NCBI GenBank assembly: GCA_040905465.1
Contig: JBBDRK010000016.1
Span: forward strand, 22,751-53,376
Length of the DNA stretch: 30,626 nt
Origin: Trueperaceae bacterium
Lineage (GTDB): Bacteria; Deinococcota; Deinococci; Deinococcales; Trueperaceae
Direction of reading: 5' to 3'
This document shows positions 8,293 through 17,101 of the stretch, piece after piece; the stretch's first letter is position 1; every line of letters begins with the position of its first letter. The notes under the pieces were generated by a model. That model saw only the letters and a list, made by a program, of their open reading frames with translations. It was not told the DNA's origin and made no database searches. The position numbers and the translations under genes are program-made.

Positions 8293-9750
8293 ATGAGAGT
8301 ATTCGCCGCGGGAATCTCGACCGAGACGGACACCTTTTCGCCGATACCAACGGGATCGAGGAGCTTCGAGACGACTCGTGCCGGCGATCTTGACGCCGGC
8401 GAGCGCAGCCCGGACAGCGCCATCGAGGTGTTTCGGCGCCGCAGCGAGGAGCGCGACTGGGACTTCGTATTAAGCCTCTACGCCTCGGCACAGCCGGCCG
8501 GGTTGACCGTCAGAAGCGCATACGAGGCGTTGCGGGATGAGATATTGGCCGATCTGCGGGCAGCGGCGCCGGTCGATATCGTGATGCTGTCGCTCCACGG
8601 CGCGATGGTGGCAGAGGGTTACGACGACTGCGAGGGCGATCTCATCTCTCTGGTGCGCGAGATCGTTGGGCCGGAGGTGGTGATTGCCGTCGAGCTCGAT
8701 CTCCATTGCCACCTGACGCGCGAGATGTTGGATGGCTCCGACGTGATAGTGATATTCAAGGAGTATCCGCACACCGACATGGCGGACCGAGCCGAGGAGC
8801 TGTTTCGTCTGTCCGTAGACGCGGCCGAGAAGAGGGTCGTGCCGGCGATGGGACTTTTCGACTGCCGGATGATGGGGATGTTCCTGACCTCCTTCGAGCC
8901 GATGCGCACTTTCGTTGACGAGATGATGGCGGCCGAAGGAAAAGATCGCGTGCTGTCGCTCTCCCTCGCACACGGGTTCGCCTGGGGTGACGTGCCCGAT
9001 GCGGGCACGAGGATGCTGGCGGTCACCGATGGAGACTCTCTTTACGCGCAGCGGGTGGCCGAGGAGTGGGGCCGACGGTTCTACGCCTTGCGCGAGCGGG
9101 TGCGTCATCAACCGCTGTCGTTACAGGCGGCGTTGGACCGGGCGCTGGCTACGGATCGAAGGCCGGTGGTGATCGCCGACCAGTCCGACAACCCGGGAGG
9201 CGGAGCGCCCGGCGACTCGACCTTCGCACTGCGCGAACTGTTGCGGCGAGGTGCTCCCAGCGTCGGCGTGGCCATGATCTACGATCCGGGCGTGGTCGAG
9301 CTGGCGTTGACGGCTGGAGCCGGCGCACGGCTCACGGTCCGGCTCGGTGGGAAGATGGGCGTCTCCTCCGGGGATCCGCTGGATCTCGACGTGGAGGTCG
9401 TAGGCGTGATCGAGGGGATGACCCAGGAGTGGCCTCAGACCGAAGGCCCGTTGGTCCGGCCGTGCGGGGACGCGGCGGCGCTACGGATCGGCGGGATCGA
9501 CGTGATCGTCAACAGCCGCAGAACCCAGGTGTTCGGTCCGCAGGTCTTCACGAACTTCGGCATCGACCCAAGCGGCAAGGATCTCTTGGTGATCAAGTCG
9601 ATGCAACACTTCTATGCCGGGTTCCTGCCGCTCGCCGGCGAGATCCTCTACATGGCGGCTCCTGGAGCGGTGGTACCGATCATGACCGAGATCCCGTTCG
9701 TACGGGTCGATCTCGACAAGTACCCGTGGGTGCACGATCCGTGGGGCTGA
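8293..9750 (+). CDS. MlrC-like M81 family metallopeptidase
   Basis: ISTETDTF, LHGAM, DCEGD, LDLHCH, YPHTD, DNPGGG, KSMQHF; RBS AGGAG. Confidence 0.9.
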   Translation: MRVFAAGISTETDTFSPIPTGSRSFETTRAGDLDAGERSPDSAIEVFRRRSEERDWDFVLSLYASAQPAGLTVRSAYEALRDEILADLRAAAPVDIVMLSLHGAMVAEGYDDCEGDLISLVREIVGPEVVIAVELDLHCHLTREMLDGSDVIVIFKEYPHTDMADRAEELFRLSVDAAEKRVVPAMGLFDCRMMGMFLTSFEPMRTFVDEMMAAEGKDRVLSLSLAHGFAWGDVPDAGTRMLAVTDGDSLYAQRVAEEWGRRFYALRERVRHQPLSLQAALDRALATDRRPVVIADQSDNPGGGAPGDSTFALRELLRRGAPSVGVAMIYDPGVVELALTAGAGARLTVRLGGKMGVSSGDPLDLDVEVVGVIEGMTQEWPQTEGPLVRPCGDAAALRIGGIDVIVNSRRTQVFGPQVFTNFGIDPSGKDLLVIKSMQHFYAGFLPLAGEILYMAAPGAVVPIMTEIPFVRVDLDKYPWVHDPWG

Positions 9751-9817
9751 ACGGCTTATCGCTCGCCGGTCAGCCAGCCGCCCAGTCGTTCTCGAACGAC
9801 CCGTTGCCCTGAACGGC

Positions 9818-10900
9818 CTACTGCTCTCCGGCCAGCCACTCGCCCAGCCGTTCTCGCACGAACGCGTCGTCGCCGAGCTCCGGATAATCCCGCCGGACGC
9901 GCTCGATCTCGTCACGTTGCCCGGGCGAGAGCGTCTCGTTCGGATCGAGGCACCAGGTACCTTCCAGCAACCCCTGTTCCTTGAGGATCTCGTGCACGCC
10001 GGCGATCACGCCGGCAAAACCGTTGGCGGCGTCGAAAACGGCTGAGTTGGCGTCGGTCAGCCGCGCCCCGAGCGAGAGGAGCCTGTGGAGCTCGTTGCCG
10101 TCGGGAAGTTCTCTCACGCGTTTGATTCGCTCGAGGATGTCGACGGCCGCCTTCGTCCATACCGCCCACTGGCCGAGCAGCCCACCGACTATCCACTTGC
10201 GGACCGGCTCTCCGGCGACGACTAGGTCGAACGGTGTCAGCAGGTCGGCCACGATATTGTCATCGTTTCCGGTGTATAGCGCTATGTCGTCTCGGCGGCT
10301 CGATTCACACACGCCCCTCACCACGTCCAGGGTCGCGTATCTGTTGAACGGCGCGATCTTGACGGCTGCGACCCCCGGTATCTCTGCGAACTCGCGCCAG
10401 AAGTCGAGCGACAGCCGCCTGCCTCCCACTGCGGGTTGCAGGTAGAAGCCGAAGAGGGGGAGCACCTCTGCGACCTGCCTGGCCCGCTCGAGCAGGAGTG
10501 CTTCGCTGTGGTCGCCCAACCCTCCGGGGCTCAGCAGTGCCAGGTCGTAGCCGAGGCGGCGCGCAGTTTCGGCCTCCCGCAGCGCCTGGTCGGTTGGACC
10601 GACTACGCCGGCGACCATGGCAATCGGGCGACCGGCCGACCGCCGTTCGCGCGCCTCCTCCGCCGCCATTCGCAGCACCGGCTCGAACATTCCCACGTCG
10701 CGAATTTCGAACTGAGTCGTGTGCACCGCGACCGCCAGGCCGCCGGCTCCGGCGTCGAGGTAGTAGTGCGTGAGCGCCCGCTGACGCCGTTCGTCGAGTC
10801 GTCGTTCGCTGTCGAGCGCCAGCGGGTGCGCCGGGATGACGGTGCCGGCGTGCAGGTGCCGATGCAGGTTTTCGGCCGGTCGGGGCGCTTCCGCCGCCAT
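9818..10900 (-). CDS. dihydrodipicolinate synthase/N-acetylneuraminate lyase-like (class I aldolase fold) protein
   Basis: VIPAHPLAL, AVHTTQF (in place of GTTGE), FYLQP, Schiff-base-type Lys in AVKIAPF, LYTGND; 1-nt overlap with the upstream gene stop. Confidence 0.8.
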   Translation of the reverse strand: MAAEAPRPAENLHRHLHAGTVIPAHPLALDSERRLDERRQRALTHYYLDAGAGGLAVAVHTTQFEIRDVGMFEPVLRMAAEEARERRSAGRPIAMVAGVVGPTDQALREAETARRLGYDLALLSPGGLGDHSEALLLERARQVAEVLPLFGFYLQPAVGGRRLSLDFWREFAEIPGVAAVKIAPFNRYATLDVVRGVCESSRRDDIALYTGNDDNIVADLLTPFDLVVAGEPVRKWIVGGLLGQWAVWTKAAVDILERIKRVRELPDGNELHRLLSLGARLTDANSAVFDAANGFAGVIAGVHEILKEQGLLEGTWCLDPNETLSPGQRDEIERVRRDYPELGDDAFVRERLGEWLAGEQ

Positions 10901-11919
10901 CAGAACCTGCCGCTCCTCTCGCCGAAGCGGGTCGGCTTGCCGTGTGTCTCACCGCCGCCTTTCACCCATTCGGCGACCCAGTCGATCAACTGCTCGAGCG
11001 GCACGCTCGGGTAGCCGAAGAGGGCGTTTGCCTTGCCGGCGTTGGCCAGGAGCGCCGTTTCCTGCTCCTCGCCGATCAGTATCGGTTGCGCCGCGAACCG
11101 GTCTGCAAACTGCTCGGCCACTCGTCGTACCGATACGAGCTCGGGCCCGGTGACGTTGAGAACGGCCGGAGGTGAACTGGCCAAGTCGAGCGAGCGCAAC
11201 GCCCACTCGTTGGCGTCGCCTTGCCAGATCACATTCAGGTGGCCCATGGAGACGTCTATGGGCTCGCCATTCCTGACGGCCAGGGCAATGTCGAGCAGGG
11301 TGCCGTAGCGCAGTTCCACGGCGTAGTTGAGCCGGTGCAGCAGAACCGGCGTCCCGTACTTGTCCGAGATGTATTCGAAGAGCCTTTCTCGTCCCAGGCA
11401 CGATTGAGCGTATTCGCCGACGGGACCCACCGGATCGCCTTCCCGGCTGCCGGTCGTGCGCACCGGTACCAGCGGATAGACGTTCCCGGTCGAGAAGGCG
11501 ACTATCCGGGAGTTCCGGTAGCGCCTGCCCACCAGCCCGGGCAGGAAGGCGTTCTGTGCCCAGGTGAGGTGTTCGTTGCCGGAGGTTCCGAACTTCATCG
11601 CCACCATGTAGACGACGTTATGCGCTTCGGGCAGATCCTCCAGCGCTCCCGGTTCGAGCAGGTCGCTGGCGATGGTCTGCGCTCCGGCGGCGTCGAGCTC
11701 CCTGCGCAGGTCCTTGTTGCCGAAGCGGGAAACCGCTGTAACGCTCTTCTGCGCGCCGGCGGCCGCGACTGCGTTGCAGGCCATCTTTACGAGGCTGGGA
11801 CCCATCTTGCCTCCGGCGCCGAGGACGAGGATGTCTCCGTTGAGTTTCGACATCTCCTCGACTAGCGCCGGAGAAGGCGTTGCCAGTTTCGCTTCCAGTT
11901 CCGGGACCGACCGAATCAT
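10900..11919 (-). CDS. NAD-dependent epimerase/dehydratase family (extended SDR), atypical active site
   Basis: LGAGGKMG Rossmann motif, FSTGNVY, YAQSC, RLNYA; ATG 11919 chosen from RBS GGAAGGA spacing. Confidence 0.85.
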   Translation of the reverse strand: MIRSVPELEAKLATPSPALVEEMSKLNGDILVLGAGGKMGPSLVKMACNAVAAAGAQKSVTAVSRFGNKDLRRELDAAGAQTIASDLLEPGALEDLPEAHNVVYMVAMKFGTSGNEHLTWAQNAFLPGLVGRRYRNSRIVAFSTGNVYPLVPVRTTGSREGDPVGPVGEYAQSCLGRERLFEYISDKYGTPVLLHRLNYAVELRYGTLLDIALAVRNGEPIDVSMGHLNVIWQGDANEWALRSLDLASSPPAVLNVTGPELVSVRRVAEQFADRFAAQPILIGEEQETALLANAGKANALFGYPSVPLEQLIDWVAEWVKGGGETHGKPTRFGERSGRF

Positions 11920-12099
11920 GTGCACTTCCTTCCCTGACTCCGAATCAGTCTCGACCGGGGAGACGGCCTTACTGTTCGGATGTCTTGCGCCTGTCGATCC
12001 AGCGGCGGAGGCGGCGATTACTGCCGGCTGGAGATGCGGCCATCTTGTCAGATGGACCGCCAGGCGGGGCGCGCCAACGGCATCTCTCGAAACCGAGGC

Positions 12100-12128
12100 T
12101 TGTAGTAGTCAGGACAATATAATATATT
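12100..12128 (+). promoter_or_regulatory. candidate promoter with overlapping AT-rich palindrome
   Basis: TTGTAG-17-TATATT; perfect inverted repeat AATATA-A-TATATT (12116-12128) between divergent operons. Confidence 0.55.
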
Positions 12129-12175
12129 CTTTACACAACATTACTTCGACAAGAGGCGAGAGCGTAGGAGACGTC

Positions 12176-13327
12176 ATGAGCAGAAGGACTATCGGGGTCG
12201 TCATGAACGGCGTTACCGGGCGAATGGGACGTAATCAGCATCTCATCCGCTCCATCCTCGCCATCCGGGAACAGGGTGGCGTAGACCTGGGGAACGGCGA
12301 CACGCTGTTCCCGGAGCCGATCCTGGTGGGCCGAAGCGAGCAAAGGACGCGTGCGTTGGCCCAGGAGGTCGGCGCAATGAGGTGGACCACGGATCTCGGC
12401 GAAGCGCTCGCCGATCCCGAGGCGGAAGTCTACTTCGACGCCCAGATAACCTCGGCGCGGGTACCGGCCCTGAAGGCGGCTATAGCTGCCGGCAAGCACG
12501 TCTACTGCGAAAAGCCTACCGCGGAGACGCTCGATGACGCCCTGGACCTGGTCCGCCGGGCCGACGAGGCCGGGGTAAAACACGGAGTGGTGCAGGACAA
12601 GCTCTTCCTTCCGGGCCTGCTCAAGCTGAAGCGGGTGATCGACAGCGGCTTCCTCGGCAAAATCCTCTCGGTACGCGGTGAGTTCGGCTACTGGGTATTC
12701 GAAGGTGACTGGCAGTCAGCGCAGCGCCCCTCCTGGAACTACCGGAAGGAGGACGGAGGCGGAATAATCATGGACATGCTCCCCCACTGGCGTTATGTCC
12801 TCGACAACCTCTTCGGCCGGGTACTGGCGGTGTCTTGCCTCGGCGCGACCCACATACCGACCCGTTGGGACGAGGCGAACAGCGAATATGCGGCCACCGC
12901 CGACGACGCCGCCTACGCGACCTTCAAGCTCGAAGGAGGCGTGATAGCCCACCTCAACTCCTCCTGGGCGGTAAGAGTCTATCGGGACGAACTCGTATCG
13001 TTCCAGGTGGACGGGACCGAGGGGAGCGCAGTCGCCGGCTTGCGCGAGTGCCGGGTACAGCACCGGGCCATGACGCCGAAGCCGGTGTGGAACCCGGACG
13101 CTCCCAATCCGATCGACTTCCGGTCCGATTGGAACGAAGTGCCCGACAACGAACCCTTCGGCAACGGCTTCAAGACACAGTGGGAGCTGTTCCTGAAGCA
13201 CGTTGCCGCGAATGCCCCTTACCGCCATACCTTGCTGGAGGGCGCCAAAGGGGTGCAACTCGCCGAGCTGGGCATGGAGTCGTGGCGCACGGGCTGTTGG
13301 CTCGAGGTGCCGGAGTTGGCAGGGTGA
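12176..13327 (+). CDS. Gfo/Idh/MocA family NAD(P)-dependent oxidoreductase
   Basis: NGVTGRMG, GKHVYCEKP, GGGIIMDMLPHW, ADDAAYA; RBS AGGAG before ATG 12176. Confidence 0.92.
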   Translation: MSRRTIGVVMNGVTGRMGRNQHLIRSILAIREQGGVDLGNGDTLFPEPILVGRSEQRTRALAQEVGAMRWTTDLGEALADPEAEVYFDAQITSARVPALKAAIAAGKHVYCEKPTAETLDDALDLVRRADEAGVKHGVVQDKLFLPGLLKLKRVIDSGFLGKILSVRGEFGYWVFEGDWQSAQRPSWNYRKEDGGGIIMDMLPHWRYVLDNLFGRVLAVSCLGATHIPTRWDEANSEYAATADDAAYATFKLEGGVIAHLNSSWAVRVYRDELVSFQVDGTEGSAVAGLRECRVQHRAMTPKPVWNPDAPNPIDFRSDWNEVPDNEPFGNGFKTQWELFLKHVAANAPYRHTLLEGAKGVQLAELGMESWRTGCWLEVPELAG

Positions 13328-14511
13328 GCGGCGTGCACGGGCCGGCCGGTCGCTCCCAGGGGGTGCTCCTGCCGACCGACGACGGGCGACTCGAACGGCA
13401 CGTCGTCGGGTCGCCAAAGCCGTTCACGCGGCCGGCCTCCGCGCTGCGCAGCCGGACTCTCTACGCCGCAGTCCACGTAGTCGCCGACCCGCTGGCCGAC
13501 AACATGAGCCGGGCGGTGCTCGACTGGGAAGCCACCATGGAGTACCGGCGATACCTGTGGAGCTGGGGAGTGGGCGTGGCGGAGGCGATGGATACCGCGC
13601 AACGGGGAATGGGCCTCGATTACCAGGCGACCCGAGAGTTGATAGCCAGGAGCTCGGCAGAAGCCCGTTCCGTGGGTGGAGCGCTGGTATGCGGCGCCTC
13701 AACCGACCAGCTGGCGGCCGGCGAAGTCTGTTCTCTCGACCGTGTCGCCGCCGCCTACAACGAGCAATGCCGGCACATCGAAGAGCACGGCGGCCGAGTG
13801 GTGCTGATGGCCAGCCGCCACCTGGCCCTGGCGGCGTCCGGGCCCAGCGACTATCGGCGAGTCTACGACCGGGTGCTCAGCGAGGTAGACGGACCGGTGA
13901 TCATCCATTGGCTGGGCGAGATGTTCGATCCGGTGCTGGCCGGTTACTGGGGCTCCAGCGATATCGAGAGTGCCATGGACGCATGCCTTCAGTTGATCGG
14001 CGACCATGCGGCGAAGATCGACGGCGTCAAGCTCTCCCTCCTCGACAGGCAGCGGGAGTCGGATATGCGGCGACGCCTGCCTGCCGGCGTACGGATGTAT
14101 ACCGGCGACGACTTCAACTACGACGAGTTGATCCTGGGCGACGGTGCCAGCCATAGCGACGCGCTGCTGGGGATTTTCGACGCCATCGCACCGGCCGCTT
14201 CCGCTGCTGTCGCCGCGCTCGACTCCGGCAGCGAGCACGACTACCGCGAGGCTCTCTCGCCCACGGTTCCGCTCGCTCGCCACATATTCTCCGCTCCCAC
14301 CTACTACTACAAGACCGGACTGGTCTTCCTCGCTTACCTGAACGGCCATCAGCGCCACTTCCGGATGGTGGGCGGGCTGGAGAGCGCTCGTTCCGTCACC
14401 CACCTCGCAGAACTGTTCCGGCTCGCCGACCGGGCAGGGTTACTCAGCGATCCGGAGTCGGCTGCGGCGCGAATGCGGGACTACCTGAAGCTGGCAGGCA
14501 TAGCGGAATGA
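13324..14511 (+). CDS. DUF993-family protein (DapA-like TIM barrel)
   Basis: YAAVHVVADP, VAEAMDTAQRGMG, HWLGEMFDP, GVKLSLLD, MYTGDDFNY, SDALLGIFD; GTGA coupling to the upstream gene. Confidence 0.85.
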   Translation: MSGVHGPAGRSQGVLLPTDDGRLERHVVGSPKPFTRPASALRSRTLYAAVHVVADPLADNMSRAVLDWEATMEYRRYLWSWGVGVAEAMDTAQRGMGLDYQATRELIARSSAEARSVGGALVCGASTDQLAAGEVCSLDRVAAAYNEQCRHIEEHGGRVVLMASRHLALAASGPSDYRRVYDRVLSEVDGPVIIHWLGEMFDPVLAGYWGSSDIESAMDACLQLIGDHAAKIDGVKLSLLDRQRESDMRRRLPAGVRMYTGDDFNYDELILGDGASHSDALLGIFDAIAPAASAAVAALDSGSEHDYREALSPTVPLARHIFSAPTYYYKTGLVFLAYLNGHQRHFRMVGGLESARSVTHLAELFRLADRAGLLSDPESAAARMRDYLKLAGIAE

Positions 14512-15332
14512 CCGGACTGGAGCGGTTGAGCCTCAACCAGGCGACTGTGAAGCCGTGGAACCTGCGCGAAACGGTGGAGGGTTGCGCGCGCCACGGAATA
14601 CCGTTCGTCGGCTTATGGCGCGACAGGCTCGCCGAAATGGGAACCCGGGAGACCAGCCGCCTGCTGGCCGAGACGGGGGTGCGGGCCTCCAGTCTGTGCC
14701 GGGGCGGCTTCTTCCCGGCCGCAACTGCCGGGGAGCGCTCCGAACGGCTGGACGACAACCGACGCGCGGTGGACGAGGCGGCCGAGGTGGGAACCGACGT
14801 ACTGGTACTGGTTTGTGGCGGCATGGTGGGTCGTGACCTCGAGGGCTCGCGGCGAATGGTCGCAGAGGGGATTGCGGAGCTGGCCCCTTATGCCGCCGAG
14901 TGTGGGGTGAAGCTGGGGATCGAACCTCTTCATCCCATGTTCGCGGCCGACCGCTCGGTCATCTGCACTCTGGATCAGGCGCTCGCCATAGCGGAAGAGA
15001 TCGCGTCCCCTGCCGTCGGGGTAGTGGTGGACGTCTATCACGTGTGGTGGGACGACGGTGTCCACGAATCGATCGAACGAGCCGGAAGCCGGATCATCGG
15101 ATTCCACGTGAACGACTGGCTCGCTCCGCCTCCCGACGTGCTGCTGGGACGCGGCATGATGGGCGACGGCGTGATCGACTTGGCGGGGCTGTTCGATAGC
15201 GCGCAGCGTTCCGGCTACCGCGGACCGGTCGAGGTAGAGATCTTCAACGCGGACGTCTGGAATACTCCGGTCGACGAGGTGCTGCGCACCGTGCGGGAAA
15301 GGTACGGCGAACATGTCGACCCGACCTGCTAA
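14508..15332 (+). CDS. sugar phosphate isomerase/epimerase (xylose isomerase-like TIM barrel, AP_endonuc_2)
   Basis: SLCRGGFF, IEPLHP, VDVYH, FHVND, MGDGVID, EVEIF metal-ligand pattern; ATGA coupling. Confidence 0.88.
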   Translation: MTGLERLSLNQATVKPWNLRETVEGCARHGIPFVGLWRDRLAEMGTRETSRLLAETGVRASSLCRGGFFPAATAGERSERLDDNRRAVDEAAEVGTDVLVLVCGGMVGRDLEGSRRMVAEGIAELAPYAAECGVKLGIEPLHPMFAADRSVICTLDQALAIAEEIASPAVGVVVDVYHVWWDDGVHESIERAGSRIIGFHVNDWLAPPPDVLLGRGMMGDGVIDLAGLFDSAQRSGYRGPVEVEIFNADVWNTPVDEVLRTVRERYGEHVDPTC

Positions 15333-16002
15333 CAAGGCTCCGTTGTCCGCCGCTCAACAGCGCGGCCGCAAGCAGGACCTGGTCTACCGGGCGCTACGCG
15401 ATCGGATTCTCTCGAACGACCTGCGGCCGGGTGACAGGTTGCGAATCGACGAGATAACGCGCCAGCATGAGGTCAGCCACATCCCGGTCCGGGAGGCGCT
15501 CAAGCAACTGCAGGCCGAGGGTTTCGTGACCGTCGAGCCGTACGTGGGCACGACGGTCGCCGACCTGCCCATGGAGTGGGTGGAAGAGGTATTCGAGGCC
15601 AAGGAGGCCCTCGAGCTGATCGGAGGCAGGGCCGCCTGCCTGGCGATGGACGAGGAGGCGCTGGCCCAGGTAGCGGTGCAGGTGCGAGAGATGGACGACC
15701 TGGTCACAGACCCGGAGGCGTGGTCGCAGGCGAACGTGAGGCTGCACCGGCTCATCTGTACCGAGGCAGGCAAGCCGTTCGTTGGAGAGATGCTCGGCCG
15801 GGTGCTGGACCAGTGGGACAGGTTGCGGCGCCGCTATCTCGAAGAGGTGTCGGCACAGAGGCTCGAGCACGCTCAGGCCGAGCACCACGAGATTCTCGCT
15901 TCCCTCCAGGCTCGTGACGTGGAGGGGCTCTCAACGCGGATCAGCGAACACAACCGGAACGCGCTGGAAGCCTACGCCCGCCACCTGAAGTTGATCGATT
16001 GA
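15313..16002 (+). CDS. GntR family transcriptional regulator (FCD C-terminal domain)
   Basis: LRDRIL...LRPGDRL, VSHIPVREALKQLQAEG wHTH; ALE, N..LH, EHHEIL, H motifs of FCD. Confidence 0.92.
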   Translation: MSTRPANKAPLSAAQQRGRKQDLVYRALRDRILSNDLRPGDRLRIDEITRQHEVSHIPVREALKQLQAEGFVTVEPYVGTTVADLPMEWVEEVFEAKEALELIGGRAACLAMDEEALAQVAVQVREMDDLVTDPEAWSQANVRLHRLICTEAGKPFVGEMLGRVLDQWDRLRRRYLEEVSAQRLEHAQAEHHEILASLQARDVEGLSTRISEHNRNALEAYARHLKLID

Positions 16003-16042
16003 TATGAGGCAACGGCTGGAGGCTCATTCGGCGGTACCCACG

Positions 16043-16885
16043 CTAGCGCGTACGGCGGAAGGAGAGTGCCTCCTCTATCCCTCGCAGATAGCCGATGGCT
16101 CGAGCGGCCGTTGTGGGCCCGTCGGGTTGGTAGACGAACGGCTCCACCGCGGCGTCTCCCTGGTAACCGGCCTCGTGGAGGGCGGCGATCACCGGCGCGA
16201 ACTCGTCGCTTCCCTGGCCCGGCGCCCGCCGGTTGCGATCGTTGAAGTGAACGTGGGCGATTACGCCGGAGGGAACCCAGCGGGAAACCAGCTCCGGCAG
16301 GCCTTCGGACTCGGAGAGCCGAGCCGCCCGGCAGTCGATCATCGTTCTCAACCCGGGACTGCCGATCTCCTCGGCGATCGCCGCGGCCTCGGCCACGGTG
16401 TTCACGAACTCGGTGCTCGACGACGGGAGCGGCTCGATGCAATATGTCACCCCGGCCTGCTCGGCCACCTGCGCCACCTGCGCAAACGCCTCCCTACCCC
16501 GTTCCGCCGCGCCCACCCGGTCGCTATCAGGAAGTCTCCGCTGGGCCGGCGAGCCGTGCACCAGCACCCGGCCGTCCAGGTCGGAGCAGAGTTCGACGAG
16601 CCGCTTCATTACGTCGAGCGTCTTGCGGCGTACTCGGTCATCGTCGCTGGTGATCGAAAGCCCCTCGGGGGAGACGAGCAGCCAGTGCAGGCCTCCCAAC
16701 GATATTCCCGCATCGGCCGCTGCCTTGCGCACCTCCGCCCGCTGTTCCCTGCTGATCGTATGGGGGTCGGCGCCCAGGGTAAAAGGGGCGAGCTCGAGCC
16801 CGTCGTATCCGAGCTCGGCGGCGAGTTGGCACTGCGCCGAGATGTCGAGTTCGCGCACGGTTTCGTTGCAGAGCAGGTAGCGCAT
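16043..16885 (-). CDS. ketose 3-epimerase-like sugar phosphate isomerase/epimerase
   Basis: GYDGLELAP, LVHGSP..R, IEPL, MID, HVHFND.NRRAPGQG, VEPF; RBS GGAGG before ATG 16885. Confidence 0.87.
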   Translation of the reverse strand: MRYLLCNETVRELDISAQCQLAAELGYDGLELAPFTLGADPHTISREQRAEVRKAAADAGISLGGLHWLLVSPEGLSITSDDDRVRRKTLDVMKRLVELCSDLDGRVLVHGSPAQRRLPDSDRVGAAERGREAFAQVAQVAEQAGVTYCIEPLPSSSTEFVNTVAEAAAIAEEIGSPGLRTMIDCRAARLSESEGLPELVSRWVPSGVIAHVHFNDRNRRAPGQGSDEFAPVIAALHEAGYQGDAAVEPFVYQPDGPTTAARAIGYLRGIEEALSFRRTR

Positions 16886-16981
16886 CGCCGTCCCTCCATC
16901 GCCGCCTTCGGCGCCGCCCACCCTACCGCAGCAGCCTGCGGCCGAACGCCGAGACCGCGCCTCGGCGTTCCCCGCATGCCC

Positions 16982-16997
16982 CGTGACACTCTTCACG
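16982..16997. promoter_or_regulatory. candidate CRP/FNR-family site
   Basis: CGTGA-cactct-TCACG (GTGA-N6-TCAC) in the divergent intergenic region. Confidence 0.4.
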
Positions 16998-17040
16998 ATC
17001 AGGTTTCGGTGATGGATTGGGGGGAGAGGAGTCCGCCTGC

Positions 17041-17057
17041 TTAGCCCAGGCTAAAGT
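17041..17057 (+). promoter_or_regulatory. palindrome overlapping candidate -10 element of tctC
   Basis: TTAGCC-CA-GGCTAA (17041-17054) overlaps TAAAGT (17052-17057). Confidence 0.4.
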
Positions 17058-17101
17058 CCGTGCAGCCCCCAGCAAGCCCGAGTTCAGAAGGAGATCTCTC
17101 C

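Noticed and set aside
8213-8296. 27-aa ORF whose stop overlaps the mlrC start (possible leader peptide)
   Set aside because: No well-spaced RBS; the permease-relic frame explains the region better.
11672-12175. N-terminal extension of the Gfo/Idh/MocA ORF
   Set aside because: It overlaps the divergent epimerase and the promoter; a good RBS precedes ATG 12176.
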